In this document: one piece after another, positions 20,001-29,100 of the stretch
Position numbering within the stretch: the stretch's first letter is position 1
Layout: every line of letters starts with the position of its first letter
Source: Planctomycetota bacterium
Lineage (GTDB): Bacteria; Planctomycetota; UBA8108; SXIK01
Assembly: GCA_965223265.1 (NCBI GenBank)
Contig: OZ244999.1
Location: forward strand, 2,432,001 to 2,496,000
DNA length: 64,000 nt
Direction of reading: 5' to 3'
Position numbers and translations under genes: made by a program
Notes under the pieces: model-generated
The model's input: the letters and a program-made list of their open reading frames with translations, nothing else
What the model was told of the DNA's origin: nothing
Databases searched by the model: none

Positions 20001-23000
20001 ATGGGCGCAAGCTACTCGATTCCCACGAGCGGCATCGATACGGTCGAAGAAATCGTGTACGACGACGGCGGTGTCGGCGACGGGTACGTCACAACTCGTA
20101 GGAGATACCATACGACAACTGGTTTCACCGGCGAAAGATCGCACATCAGTTACAGAGGAGACCTGCGCGGGATTGAACCCTTCTACGGTAGCGGGGCCAC
20201 CGAAACGGCGATCGGCCCCTTCACGGTCTATGACATGAACTGGGCGGGCGACTGGACCGCGATCGGTGTCTACGACGTGGAGCCCAGTTGGGAGGGTGTC
20301 GGTTCCACCGTTCTCGCTGGCGACGGGTACAACGACTTTGCCAACACGCAAGAGAGCAATCGAAAGGCACTCACGAAGCGCGCCTACGACGATCTCGGAC
20401 GCGTTTACGAGACGGAAGTCTGGACAATCAACGCATCGACCGGGCAGAAAGGGGTCAAATCTGCTATCGAGCAGTTCTACGATCGTAACGACAACATCGT
20501 CGCGCAGACGACGAAGAATGAGGCGTTCGTCGAGCAGGCCTACGATGGAGCGGGAAGGCGCTATCAGTCGAGAGTCGTCGTCGACGACATCGCCGCGAAT
20601 CCCTATTCTTCAGGAGCGTTCGTCTACCGCGACCCGAAGCCAGATCCGGAAGTGCGAGACATGGACGCCTTGACGTCGAGCGGTGGTGACGATGATGTTC
20701 TACAGATAAGTCACCAGGAGCTCGACGCTTCCGGGCAGACGGTCGAGATTCATGTCTTTGAAGCCAACCATGACGACACTGACGGGATTGACCTCACAGA
20801 CGACGACGACTACGTACGTCTCTCAGACTTCTTTTGGTATGACGCGAACACGGATTTCTTAACGACGCGGGCCAACTACGGCAGTGGGGACACCGCTGCG
20901 GGTGCGGGTACATGGGATCGCTTCGCGATACCCTCGCCAGCCACAGCGCCTACTTCCAGCAGTGATCAGACGCTCGTGACGAAGTTCTTATTTACCGATT
21001 CTAGCGACTTAGAGACGGTCACCAGGCCGAGTGGCGCTTCCGGCGAGAGCGTCGAGAAAATCTTCTACGACGATCTCGGCCGCAAAACGTACGTAGCAGA
21101 AAACTTCGTCGATTTCGTAGTCTCGAGCGAGTCTGGAACGGGAGGAACGGACAAGTCAGAGGATCGCGTTACGTATATCTCCTACAACGGTCTCGATCAG
21201 ATCACCGAGCAGGCCGCGCTCGACGCTAACGGCGACGGCTCGACGAGCGACGAGCAGATCACGACCTACCTCTACGAAGACTCGCACTCGGCTGCGCTCG
21301 TCACCAGCATCATCTATCCCGACTCCGCCGATACAGATTCCACGGGCTCGGACCAAGTGAAGTTCGAGTGGAACCTTGACGGCTCGCTCGAGCGTAAGAC
21401 CGATCAGCTCGAAACAGTGATCGAGCGCACGTACAACAATCGCCGTCAGCTGGACTTCGAGAAAGTCACGACGCTCGCTGAGGACGTCGACGGACACGTG
21501 CGTTCGATAAAGATAGAGTACGACTCTGTGGCGCGCCTCGAAAAAGTCACTTCATACGCCAACAGCGATGGCACGGGCACAATCCGCAACCAGATCCTCT
21601 TTGAGTACAACGACCTTGGCCAAGTCGAAAAATCCTGGCAGTCGCACGAAGGGGCGAAGATTTCGACAACGCCGAAGGTTGAGTACGACTACGATCTCTC
21701 CTCGCTCAACGGCGTCTACAACGACGGCGCCCGCTTGAATTACGTTCAGTACCCCGATGGCCGTAAGATCCACTACGGCTACTCGACGAGCGGTTCGGCC
21801 TCTGACCGAATGAACCGCGTGGCGTCGATCTCCGAGGACAACGGCTCGGGCTCGCCGGCAGCGACGCCGCTGGTGAGTTACGACTTCAGCGGGCTAAACC
21901 GGCTCGCTGAGACGCACCTCGAAGCCCCCGGGGTGAGGTTGACACACCATCACGGTGACACCGACGGCGACTACGAGGGGCTTGACCGCTTTGCGCGGCC
22001 GAAGGATCACTTCTGGGACGGCTCGCCGGACGTCGATCGATTCAAGTACACCTACGACCGCGCGCACAACGTCACTCAGCGAATCGTCGACTCATCGATC
22101 TACTCGACGCAGGACAAGGACCAGGTCTTCGAGTACGACGGCCTGGAGCGTTTGACCTCCTACGAGCGGCGAGTGCTCGTCATCGGCCCGGTCAATCACG
22201 AGCAGGACTACACGCTCGATCAGCTCGGCAACTGGACGGACTTTGTCGAAAAGACCAGCGGCACGACGGATCTCGATCAGGACCGCGGCCACAACGACGC
22301 CAATGAGATCACCTCCGTCAGTGCCCCGCCGATGCAGCCGCAGTGGATCACACCGCTCTTCGACGCTGCCGGGAACATGACTGAAGGGCCGAAGCCGGGC
22401 GACGAGACAACGAAGCACCTCTATGTTTACGATGCCTGGAATCGGCTCGTCAAAGTGAAGAACGCAGCGGGCACGACAACGCTAGCGACGTACGAGTACG
22501 ATGGCTTGGACAGGAGGATCCGCGTCGAGGACAGCTCCCAGGATAACTGGGACTACTACTACAACGAAGACTGGCAGGTCATCGAGATCCGCGAGGACGC
22601 CGACCCCGATCCGCTCAAGCAGTACGTCTGGCATCCGTATTACATCGACGCTCTGGCGGTGCGCTTTTGGGACCAGCACACAACGGGGTCCCAGACGACG
22701 CACTTCTACACTCACGATGCCAACATGAACGTTACGGCGCTTCTCGACGACAATGGAAGCGTCAAGGAGCGATACGAGTACACTCCGTACGGCCAGGTGA
22801 ACGTACTTAACTCGACTTTCGGTGCTGGGGGCGGAAGTCTTTACGACCAGGAAGTGCTGTACACCGGTCAGCGTCGAGAGCCAATTTCAAAGCTCCATCA
22901 CTACCGCAACCGAGAGTATGATTCGTCTCTAGGACGATTCCTAACGCGAGATCCACTTGACTATGTCGACGGCTTGAACCTCTACGAGTACGTCAAGAGT

Positions 23001-23585
23001 GGCCCAATCATCGGAAGAGACCCGTCAGGACTTCTGGTCCCTCAGGCGTTTTGCGTTGGGTGTTTTGCTGCCCTAGCCGACCTTGCGAAGGTATGGATTG
23101 ACGCATGTATAGGCAATGCTGCTCACCCAGATTTCATGAAGTGCTTTCTTTACGGTGATGGCACGCCGGGTTCTGGCTATCTGGCGTCCATTGACACATG
23201 GGGGATTTTTGCCGTTTGTCTCTGTTGTGGCGGATCTGCGGTTTTCAGGAAATTCGGTGAGAACGCTGCAAAAAAAGCCTGGGAAAAGTGGCTTAAGAAA
23301 AAAGCCAAGAAAAAGCTCCTAGCACGGCAAAAAGCCAGACAACTCGCTAAGAAGAAATTCCAAGACGAGGTGTCGGAAAAATCCAAAAAGAGGATTATCG
23401 AGTGGATGAAAGATATCGATAGAGGTTCAGTGGACGTGAATGAACTGCCTGACGGTGTGACCATAGACGATGCGAAGCGGTGGCTCGATTTGCTTGAGAA
23501 ATCGCTCGGTGAGCGGAGTGGATTCCAGACGATCGACAAACGCCTTCCGGCTATTCGAGAAGCGATTCGGCGTGCAAAACCTTGA
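17100..23585 (+). CDS. Rhs/YD-repeat polymorphic toxin 1 (2161 aa) with signal-peptide-like N-terminus
   Basis: Many YD repeats; Rhs core (YTGQRRE...YRNREYD..LGRFLTRDP....GLNLYEYV...P...DPSG); hydrophobic N-terminal stretch WVVSLLFCAVVMWG..LQA. Confidence 0.95.
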   Translation: MRSIVNGQEAQTPRSVVEQWVVSLLFCAVVMWGNFLQANTPVYPEFFVVDTPNIHDQHSIDDGRSPSEVTLTCSGTGPCGVVQDGVGSCSSDSAVVGKTSAPVFLYRGSAVEAVTDLSLPGIAFPWSHTRTYDSRLISSTSAPLPSISGERWIGGLAELHIEEDAASGDITLIVNASTKRVFDEDSGSYTAPLDYTATLEIANAGTSTEEFTLTHVDTGEVFVFYGFTPEPSGIDADLHGKLKRRSNRHFEEESKNGNEYVYDEDNGQVETINIKNGAAVLYTVTYSYSSDRISSIVLKEGATELKKVEYTYFNAASHHEDVGAAGDLVQVSQSEKASDGSTWITHITQYRYYSDGDDDGGAHQLKAVYEPGAIERLVGHIPEITSASGILGEADNYSGTGSSAVEAFSSRNFTYYTSAFDTGTAQTPTPWGVQNLESDYGGSNLFESGWVRTETVNGSCSSCGGGSGGGQKRTYFYMSLSQTQPSVSEVTRIVVEDTEDASGGEAYRRIYGLNKQGKVLRRAFVEDPTATTLTVWCDSVKINSSSRVTELRKPSAHEVTSNSLLTKFLDPEGGSPTAGQNDTDTLKPSDGAIYVYDHNADGRRRWTQIKKGRTGTAYYVSGTKWGDGIVADEPKHLPVATYRFPKKTTNSGDTSRVDTSFAYDFWDTDDTQIKVKTTTLPVISTSQNGSGTATELKEYHDELGRLRWVKDGEGNITYHSYHPELGRRAYTMVDVETDSLRSDITAGVSGKYVEWDDGAGGDTIPSGFTNTDNDNLEIVTKTEYDELGRTELQIDAKSFEHYTVYQDGRTLEFPYWDRSGGEPKRAIRVVETDDAGNPVDFFTMSPSQATSTGGGSNKVPTGVSDADNQVYYLSWTHFGYDPDSGELVEEDRYFDIPREVDRELGTLSTDFHRKAFKYDGLGRREFVIEVSSGTLTSSGVEQITENVYDVRGRITRIKRGISDDSHNMGASYSIPTSGIDTVEEIVYDDGGVGDGYVTTRRRYHTTTGFTGERSHISYRGDLRGIEPFYGSGATETAIGPFTVYDMNWAGDWTAIGVYDVEPSWEGVGSTVLAGDGYNDFANTQESNRKALTKRAYDDLGRVYETEVWTINASTGQKGVKSAIEQFYDRNDNIVAQTTKNEAFVEQAYDGAGRRYQSRVVVDDIAANPYSSGAFVYRDPKPDPEVRDMDALTSSGGDDDVLQISHQELDASGQTVEIHVFEANHDDTDGIDLTDDDDYVRLSDFFWYDANTDFLTTRANYGSGDTAAGAGTWDRFAIPSPATAPTSSSDQTLVTKFLFTDSSDLETVTRPSGASGESVEKIFYDDLGRKTYVAENFVDFVVSSESGTGGTDKSEDRVTYISYNGLDQITEQAALDANGDGSTSDEQITTYLYEDSHSAALVTSIIYPDSADTDSTGSDQVKFEWNLDGSLERKTDQLETVIERTYNNRRQLDFEKVTTLAEDVDGHVRSIKIEYDSVARLEKVTSYANSDGTGTIRNQILFEYNDLGQVEKSWQSHEGAKISTTPKVEYDYDLSSLNGVYNDGARLNYVQYPDGRKIHYGYSTSGSASDRMNRVASISEDNGSGSPAATPLVSYDFSGLNRLAETHLEAPGVRLTHHHGDTDGDYEGLDRFARPKDHFWDGSPDVDRFKYTYDRAHNVTQRIVDSSIYSTQDKDQVFEYDGLERLTSYERRVLVIGPVNHEQDYTLDQLGNWTDFVEKTSGTTDLDQDRGHNDANEITSVSAPPMQPQWITPLFDAAGNMTEGPKPGDETTKHLYVYDAWNRLVKVKNAAGTTTLATYEYDGLDRRIRVEDSSQDNWDYYYNEDWQVIEIREDADPDPLKQYVWHPYYIDALAVRFWDQHTTGSQTTHFYTHDANMNVTALLDDNGSVKERYEYTPYGQVNVLNSTFGAGGGSLYDQEVLYTGQRREPISKLHHYRNREYDSSLGRFLTRDPLDYVDGLNLYEYVKSGPIIGRDPSGLLVPQAFCVGCFAALADLAKVWIDACIGNAAHPDFMKCFLYGDGTPGSGYLASIDTWGIFAVCLCCGGSAVFRKFGENAAKKAWEKWLKKKAKKKLLARQKARQLAKKKFQDEVSEKSKKRIIEWMKDIDRGSVDVNELPDGVTIDDAKRWLDLLEKSLGERSGFQTIDKRLPAIREAIRRAKP

Positions 23586-23976
23586 GAGTTTCCTATACAG
23601 CGGCGAAACTAGACGGTGCGCAACTAATATGTAGATTGCAGGACCGGACTGATTCACTATTGATTCTGTGTGTGGGTAGGTGGGGGGGATTGTACCGTGC
23701 TGGACGATGAGAGTTCGTCAGAGTGAAGACACATCGGTTGCCCGAGTGGACGAGAGCACGATAGGCAGACGATGTGAATTATCGATCGCGAGGTGATTCT
23801 CGCGTTGATTCGAAGAGGAGGTTTCGGTAGCGCAAGATTGCACGTCATGTGGCGTGCCGGAGCAGAGTCTCGCCCGCCGCGGGATGGGTTTCTGAGCGCT
23901 GACGAGCGCGTCTCACGAGGAGAGCGGAAACTCAAGATCGAAGAATCATTCCACTTGAATCCCGAGCCAAAACAAT

Positions 23977-24585
23977 ATGCACGAAGTAGAGTACGTTGAT
24001 GGATTGGAGGGCCCGGTTCTGGCCCATAATTGGGACGTTGGCGGATTGGCCTCCGCGCTGCGAACTGGCTTGTGCGATGCAGCTTCGTGGTGTCTTTCGG
24101 AATTGAGAAACGACCCGGAAGATCCCGCGACTCTGTTTCGGTCGCCGGAACTGAGGCCGCCACGAGTCGGCGAATTGACCAGATCATGGGAGTGCGTTCC
24201 GTTGATTCGTGAATGCGTTGAGTATGTCGCTCACATGCGATCGCGATTTCTTCGAGACAGAAGAGTCGAGCAAGTGTCATTGGAGTTCGCGTTGCAGTCT
24301 GGTTGGATCCTTGGCCACGCCATTTCGCGTTGTACGGCTGACCACACAGCTCACACAGTTTCTCCAGTGTTCGACAGGTGGGACAACATTGGCTGGGATT
24401 GTTGGGTAATGTTTGGATCGACGACTGATTTCACGTCGCCACCGAGTGAATTCGACTACACTCTGTCGTGGATACCGAAAAAGATAATCCCTCTTGTCGA
24501 CGAGGCGATGTTGGGCCCTGATGATTGTCTTGTCTGGATTCCTCCGAAACGGCTTGATCTAGATTCCGAGTGGGTCAAGTTGTAG
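23977..24585 (+). CDS. Hypothetical protein downstream of Rhs1; candidate immunity protein
   Basis: Intact 202-aa ORF, duplicated (frameshifted) at 624-1219. Confidence 0.7.
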   Translation: MHEVEYVDGLEGPVLAHNWDVGGLASALRTGLCDAASWCLSELRNDPEDPATLFRSPELRPPRVGELTRSWECVPLIRECVEYVAHMRSRFLRDRRVEQVSLEFALQSGWILGHAISRCTADHTAHTVSPVFDRWDNIGWDCWVMFGSTTDFTSPPSEFDYTLSWIPKKIIPLVDEAMLGPDDCLVWIPPKRLDLDSEWVKL

Positions 24586-24615
24586 GTTGCCGCAGTTGGG
24601 GGTTGTGTGGGGAGC

Positions 24616-26153
24616 CATGCGGCATCGGATAACACGCGAAGCGCTGTAGTAGTGAAACTTGCGGCGCCGCACATGCGTGATCGGTTAGCCGTAAGCTCCA
24701 TCGTAGTCATCGCTTACGACTCGAGCGATTCGTGCGTATAGAAAAAGAGGCCAAAATCTCGGACACTTCGTGACTCACCAAAGAAACGGAGTGAAGAGAT
24801 CATGGCCACAAGGAAGTGTATCGAACTACGATCCTGTCTCAAGAGCCTCTTTCCCGACAAGTTGATCCGCGATGAGTCTCGAGCGAGTGGTTTTGTGCTC
24901 CGGGAGCGAAAGATCAGGGCGGTTCCGTTCTTTTGGACATTGGTCCTGGGCTTTGGGGTTGGATCGGAGCGGACGATCTCTGCGCTGCGTCGAGCCTACG
25001 AACGCTCGACGTCGTCGACCGTTGTTCCGTCCTCGTTCTACGATCGTTTCGACGCCAGTCTTGTGCGCTTTCTGAAAGCTGCGGTGAAGCGATCGTTGGC
25101 AACCTTTCAGGCATCGTGGACTGAAATCGAGGAGCGCGTCGGAAAGTTTACGGACTTGATCATCGTTGACTCCACAGTGATGAAGCTTCACGAAAAGCTC
25201 AGAGGATCGTTCCCAGGGTGCCGAACGAACTCAGCGCCGGCTGCGGCGAAACTTCATGCAGTCCTCAGTGTGCGCGGCAAAGGAGGCTCGACGGTCGCTC
25301 TCACTTCGGAGCGAAGTGCGGACCTGCGAAAACTTCGCACAGGTCCGTGGGTTCGAGACCGCCTTCTCCTCTTCGATCTCGGCTACTTCAAGTGGCAGCT
25401 CTTCCATCGCATCAGGAAAAACGGTGGCTTCTTCCTGACTCGATTGAAGCAAAACGCCAACCCGACAATTACTAAAATCCATCGCAGTGTTCGCGGCAAC
25501 TCGATCCCCCTCGTGGGGGAGAGACTTCAAGACGTCCTACCTCGATTGAAAAGAGAAACTCTCGACGTTGAGATCGAAGCCTCGTTTGCAACCCGCAAGC
25601 ACCGAGGCCGAGCGCGTCGCGCTCACGAGCGTTTTCGACTTGTCGCCATCCGCAACGAAGACGACGGCCAGTATCACCTCTACGTCACCAACGTCGAACA
25701 CGACGATCTCATCGCCGAGGAGATCGCCAACGTCTACCGCTATCGCTGGGAAATCGAACTCATCTTCAAGGAGCTAAAGTCCGGCTACCGAATGGACCAG
25801 CTGACGAGCCGGCGCCCCCACGTGGTGGAAGCGATGATCTACTGTGCAATTCTGACACTTGTCGTCAGCCGAGAGCTTCTACGCCACCTTGCCTCACGAG
25901 TCCGCAGCGGTGCCGAGCGAGTCGCTGCGGGGCGTTGGTGGAAGCTTCTGGCGAACTACGCTCAGGAGCTTCAACTCCTCGTCGTTCGACCACGCCGAGA
26001 CGCTCACCTCGCCGCTGGACTCGTCGACACCTTCCTGCACGAAATTGTCGACCCTCATACTGACAGACGCCCACTCTTGAGTCAGGTGTTTCGTTGATGT
26101 GGCGCCGTAAGTTTCATCTCTACAGAGCTTTGCGCGTTATCCGATGCCGCATG
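24616..26153 (+). mobile_element. IS4-family insertion sequence (ISH8-like group)
   Basis: Long imperfect terminal IRs CATGCGGCATCGGATAAC...GTTATCCGATGCCGCATG; no target duplication visible. Confidence 0.9.
24802..26097 (+). CDS. IS4 family transposase
   Basis: VDST, FDLGY, YRYRWEIELIFKELK (YREK motif). Confidence 0.95.
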   Translation: MATRKCIELRSCLKSLFPDKLIRDESRASGFVLRERKIRAVPFFWTLVLGFGVGSERTISALRRAYERSTSSTVVPSSFYDRFDASLVRFLKAAVKRSLATFQASWTEIEERVGKFTDLIIVDSTVMKLHEKLRGSFPGCRTNSAPAAAKLHAVLSVRGKGGSTVALTSERSADLRKLRTGPWVRDRLLLFDLGYFKWQLFHRIRKNGGFFLTRLKQNANPTITKIHRSVRGNSIPLVGERLQDVLPRLKRETLDVEIEASFATRKHRGRARRAHERFRLVAIRNEDDGQYHLYVTNVEHDDLIAEEIANVYRYRWEIELIFKELKSGYRMDQLTSRRPHVVEAMIYCAILTLVVSRELLRHLASRVRSGAERVAAGRWWKLLANYAQELQLLVVRPRRDAHLAAGLVDTFLHEIVDPHTDRRPLLSQVFR

Positions 26154-29100
26154 AGGACACGGAAGACTCCGCAGGGAACGAGGCGTGCCGTCGCATCTAT
26201 GGGTTGAACAAACAGGGTAAAGTGCTTCGCAGGGCGTTTATTGAAGACCCGATGGCGACGACGCTGACAGCTTGGTGCGATTCGGTCAAGATCAACTCCT
26301 CCAGCCGCGTCACGGAGGTTCGAAGGCCGTCAGCGCACGAGGTGACGAGCAACTCCCTGATGACGAAGTTCCTAGATCCTGAAGGGGGATCGCCCACCGC
26401 CGGTCAGAACGACATCGACACGCTGAAACCGAGCGACGGCGCGATCTACGTCTACGACCACAACCCCGATGGGCGACGTACGTGGACTCGGATCAAGAAG
26501 GGGCGAACCGGAACCGCATACTATGTCAACGGAACAAAGTGGGGTGACGGCCTCGTGGCTGATCAACCCAAGCACCTCCCCGTAGCAACCTACAGGTTTC
26601 CGACGAAGACAGATGATTCGGACGACTTGTCGCGGGTCGACACGAGCTTCGCCTACGATTTCTGGGATGCGGATGAGACCCAGATCAAGGTGAAGACAAC
26701 GACGCTACCGGAAATTCCTACTAGTCAGAACGGCGCCGGCACCGGCAACGCCACGGTACTCAAGGAGTATCATGATGAGCTCGGGCGACTTCGTTGGGTG
26801 AAGGATGGAGAGGGATACATCACCTATCACTCGTATCACCCAGAGCTTGGCAGGCGCGCCTACACCATGATCGACGTCGACACCGACGCTCTACGGAGCG
26901 ACATCACCTCTGGGGTGAGTGGCAAGTATGTGAAATGGGAGGACGACTCGGGCGGCAGCGACGCGCCGAGCGGATTTCTGAACGGCGGCAACGACAACCT
27001 CGAGATTGTCACCAAGGCCGAATATGACGAGCTTGGCCGCACCGAGCTTGAGATCGACGCCAAAGGCTTCAAGCACTACACCGTCTACCAGGACGGTCGC
27101 ACCCTGGAGTTTCCGTATTGGGATGGATCGGACGGGAAACCGAAACGTGCCATTCAAGTCGTGGAAACAAATGATGCAGGCAAGCCCGTCGATGTCTTCA
27201 CGGTGTCGCCCTCTCAGGCGACGTCGACCGGGAGCAATCCGGACAAGGTTCCGAGCGGGGTCTCGGATGCAGACGACCAGACCAACTACCTGAGCTGGAC
27301 AAACTTTGGCTACGATTCCCAGACTGGCGAGCTCGTCGAGGAAGATCGTTACTTTGACATTCCCGGCGCCGGGTCCGGGACGCTTTCGACACACTTCCAT
27401 CGCATAGCCTACAAGTACGATGAACTCGGCCGTCGCGAGTTCGTCATCGAGGTCTCCAGCGGCACGCTCACGAGCAACGGTGTCGAGCAAATCACGCAGA
27501 ACGTCTACGATGTGCGTGACCGCATCACGTGCATCAAACGTGGTGTCAGCGGCGATTCACACAATCTGGGTTCGAGCTATGCAATCCCCACGAGCGGCAT
27601 CGATACGGTCGAAGAGGTCGATTACGACGACGGTGGTGTCGGCGACGGGTACGTCACAACTCGTAGGAGATACCATACGACAACCGATTTCACGGGTACG
27701 AAGGTCCACATCACCTACAAAGGCGAACGGCGCGGGGTCGAGCGTTTTTTCGGTAACGGAACCACCGAGACCGCGGTCGGACCGTTTATTGTCTACGACA
27801 TCAACTGGGAAGGAAACAGAACCGCGGCAGGTATCTACGATGTCGAGCCCAGTTGGGAAGGCAGCGGTTCCAGCGTCCTCGCTGATGAGGGATACACCGA
27901 TTTCGCGAATACGCAAGAAAGCAATCGAAGGGCGCTAAAGAAGAACGCTTACGACGATCTCGGACGCATCTACCAGACAGAGATTTGGACGATCAACGCA
28001 TCGACCGGGCAAAAAGGGGTTAAGTTTCTTATCGAGCGATTCTACGATCGTAACGACAGCATTGTCGCCCAAACAACAAAGAACGGGACGTTCGTCGAGC
28101 ATGCCTATGACGGAGCGGGAAGGCGTTATCAGTCCCGGGTCGTCGCCGACAACATTGCTACGAACCCCTATTCTTCAGGAGGGTTCGTTTACCGCGATCC
28201 AAAGCCGGATCCGGAAGTGCGAGACATGGACGCTTTGACGTCAGGCGGTGGTGACGATGATGTTGTCGAGGTAAAGCATCAAGAACTCGACGCTTCCGGG
28301 CGAATCATCGAGAGTCATGTCTTTGAAGCGAACCACGACGACACTGACGGGATCGACCTTACAGACGACGACGACTACGTACGTCTCTCAAAGTTCTTCT
28401 GGTATGACGGGAAAACGGATTTCTTAACGACGAGCGCCAACTACGGCAGTGGGGACACCGCTACGGGTGCGGGTACATGGGATCGCTTCGATATACCTGC
28501 ACCAGCCTCAGCGCCTACTTCCAGCAGTGATCAGACGCTCGTGACGGAGTTTTTTTTTAACGATTCGAGCTACCTAGAGACGGTCACCAGGCCCATTGGC
28601 GCTTCCGGCGAGAGCGTCGAAAAGATCTTCTACGACGATCTCGGCCGCAAAAAATACGTAGCGGAAAATTTCGTCAATTTCATAGCCTCAACCGAGTCTG
28701 GAACAGGAGGAACCGACAAATCAGAGGATCGCGTTACGTACATCTCGTACAACGGTCTGAATCAGATCACCGAGCGGGCCGCGCTCGACGCTAATGGGGA
28801 CGGCTCGACGAGCGACGAACAGATCACGACCCGCCTCTACGAAGATTCGCACGATGCGGCTCTCGTCACCAGCATCATATATCCCGACTCTACCGATACG
28901 GATTCTTCGGGTTCGGACCAAGTGAAATTCGAGTGGAACCTTGACGGCTCGCTCGAGCGCAGGACCGATCAACTCGAAACAGTGATCGAGCGCACGTACA
29001 ACAATCGTCGCCAGGTGGAGTTTCAGAAGGTCTCGACGCTCGCGAGCGGCGTTGACGGGCATGTGCGTTCGGTGAAACGAGAGTACGACTCGCTGGCGCG

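Noticed and set aside
23793-23999. Cognate immunity gene directly after Rhs1
   Set aside because: Short ORF with weak start, overlapping the duplicated cassette's upstream region; no support as a real gene
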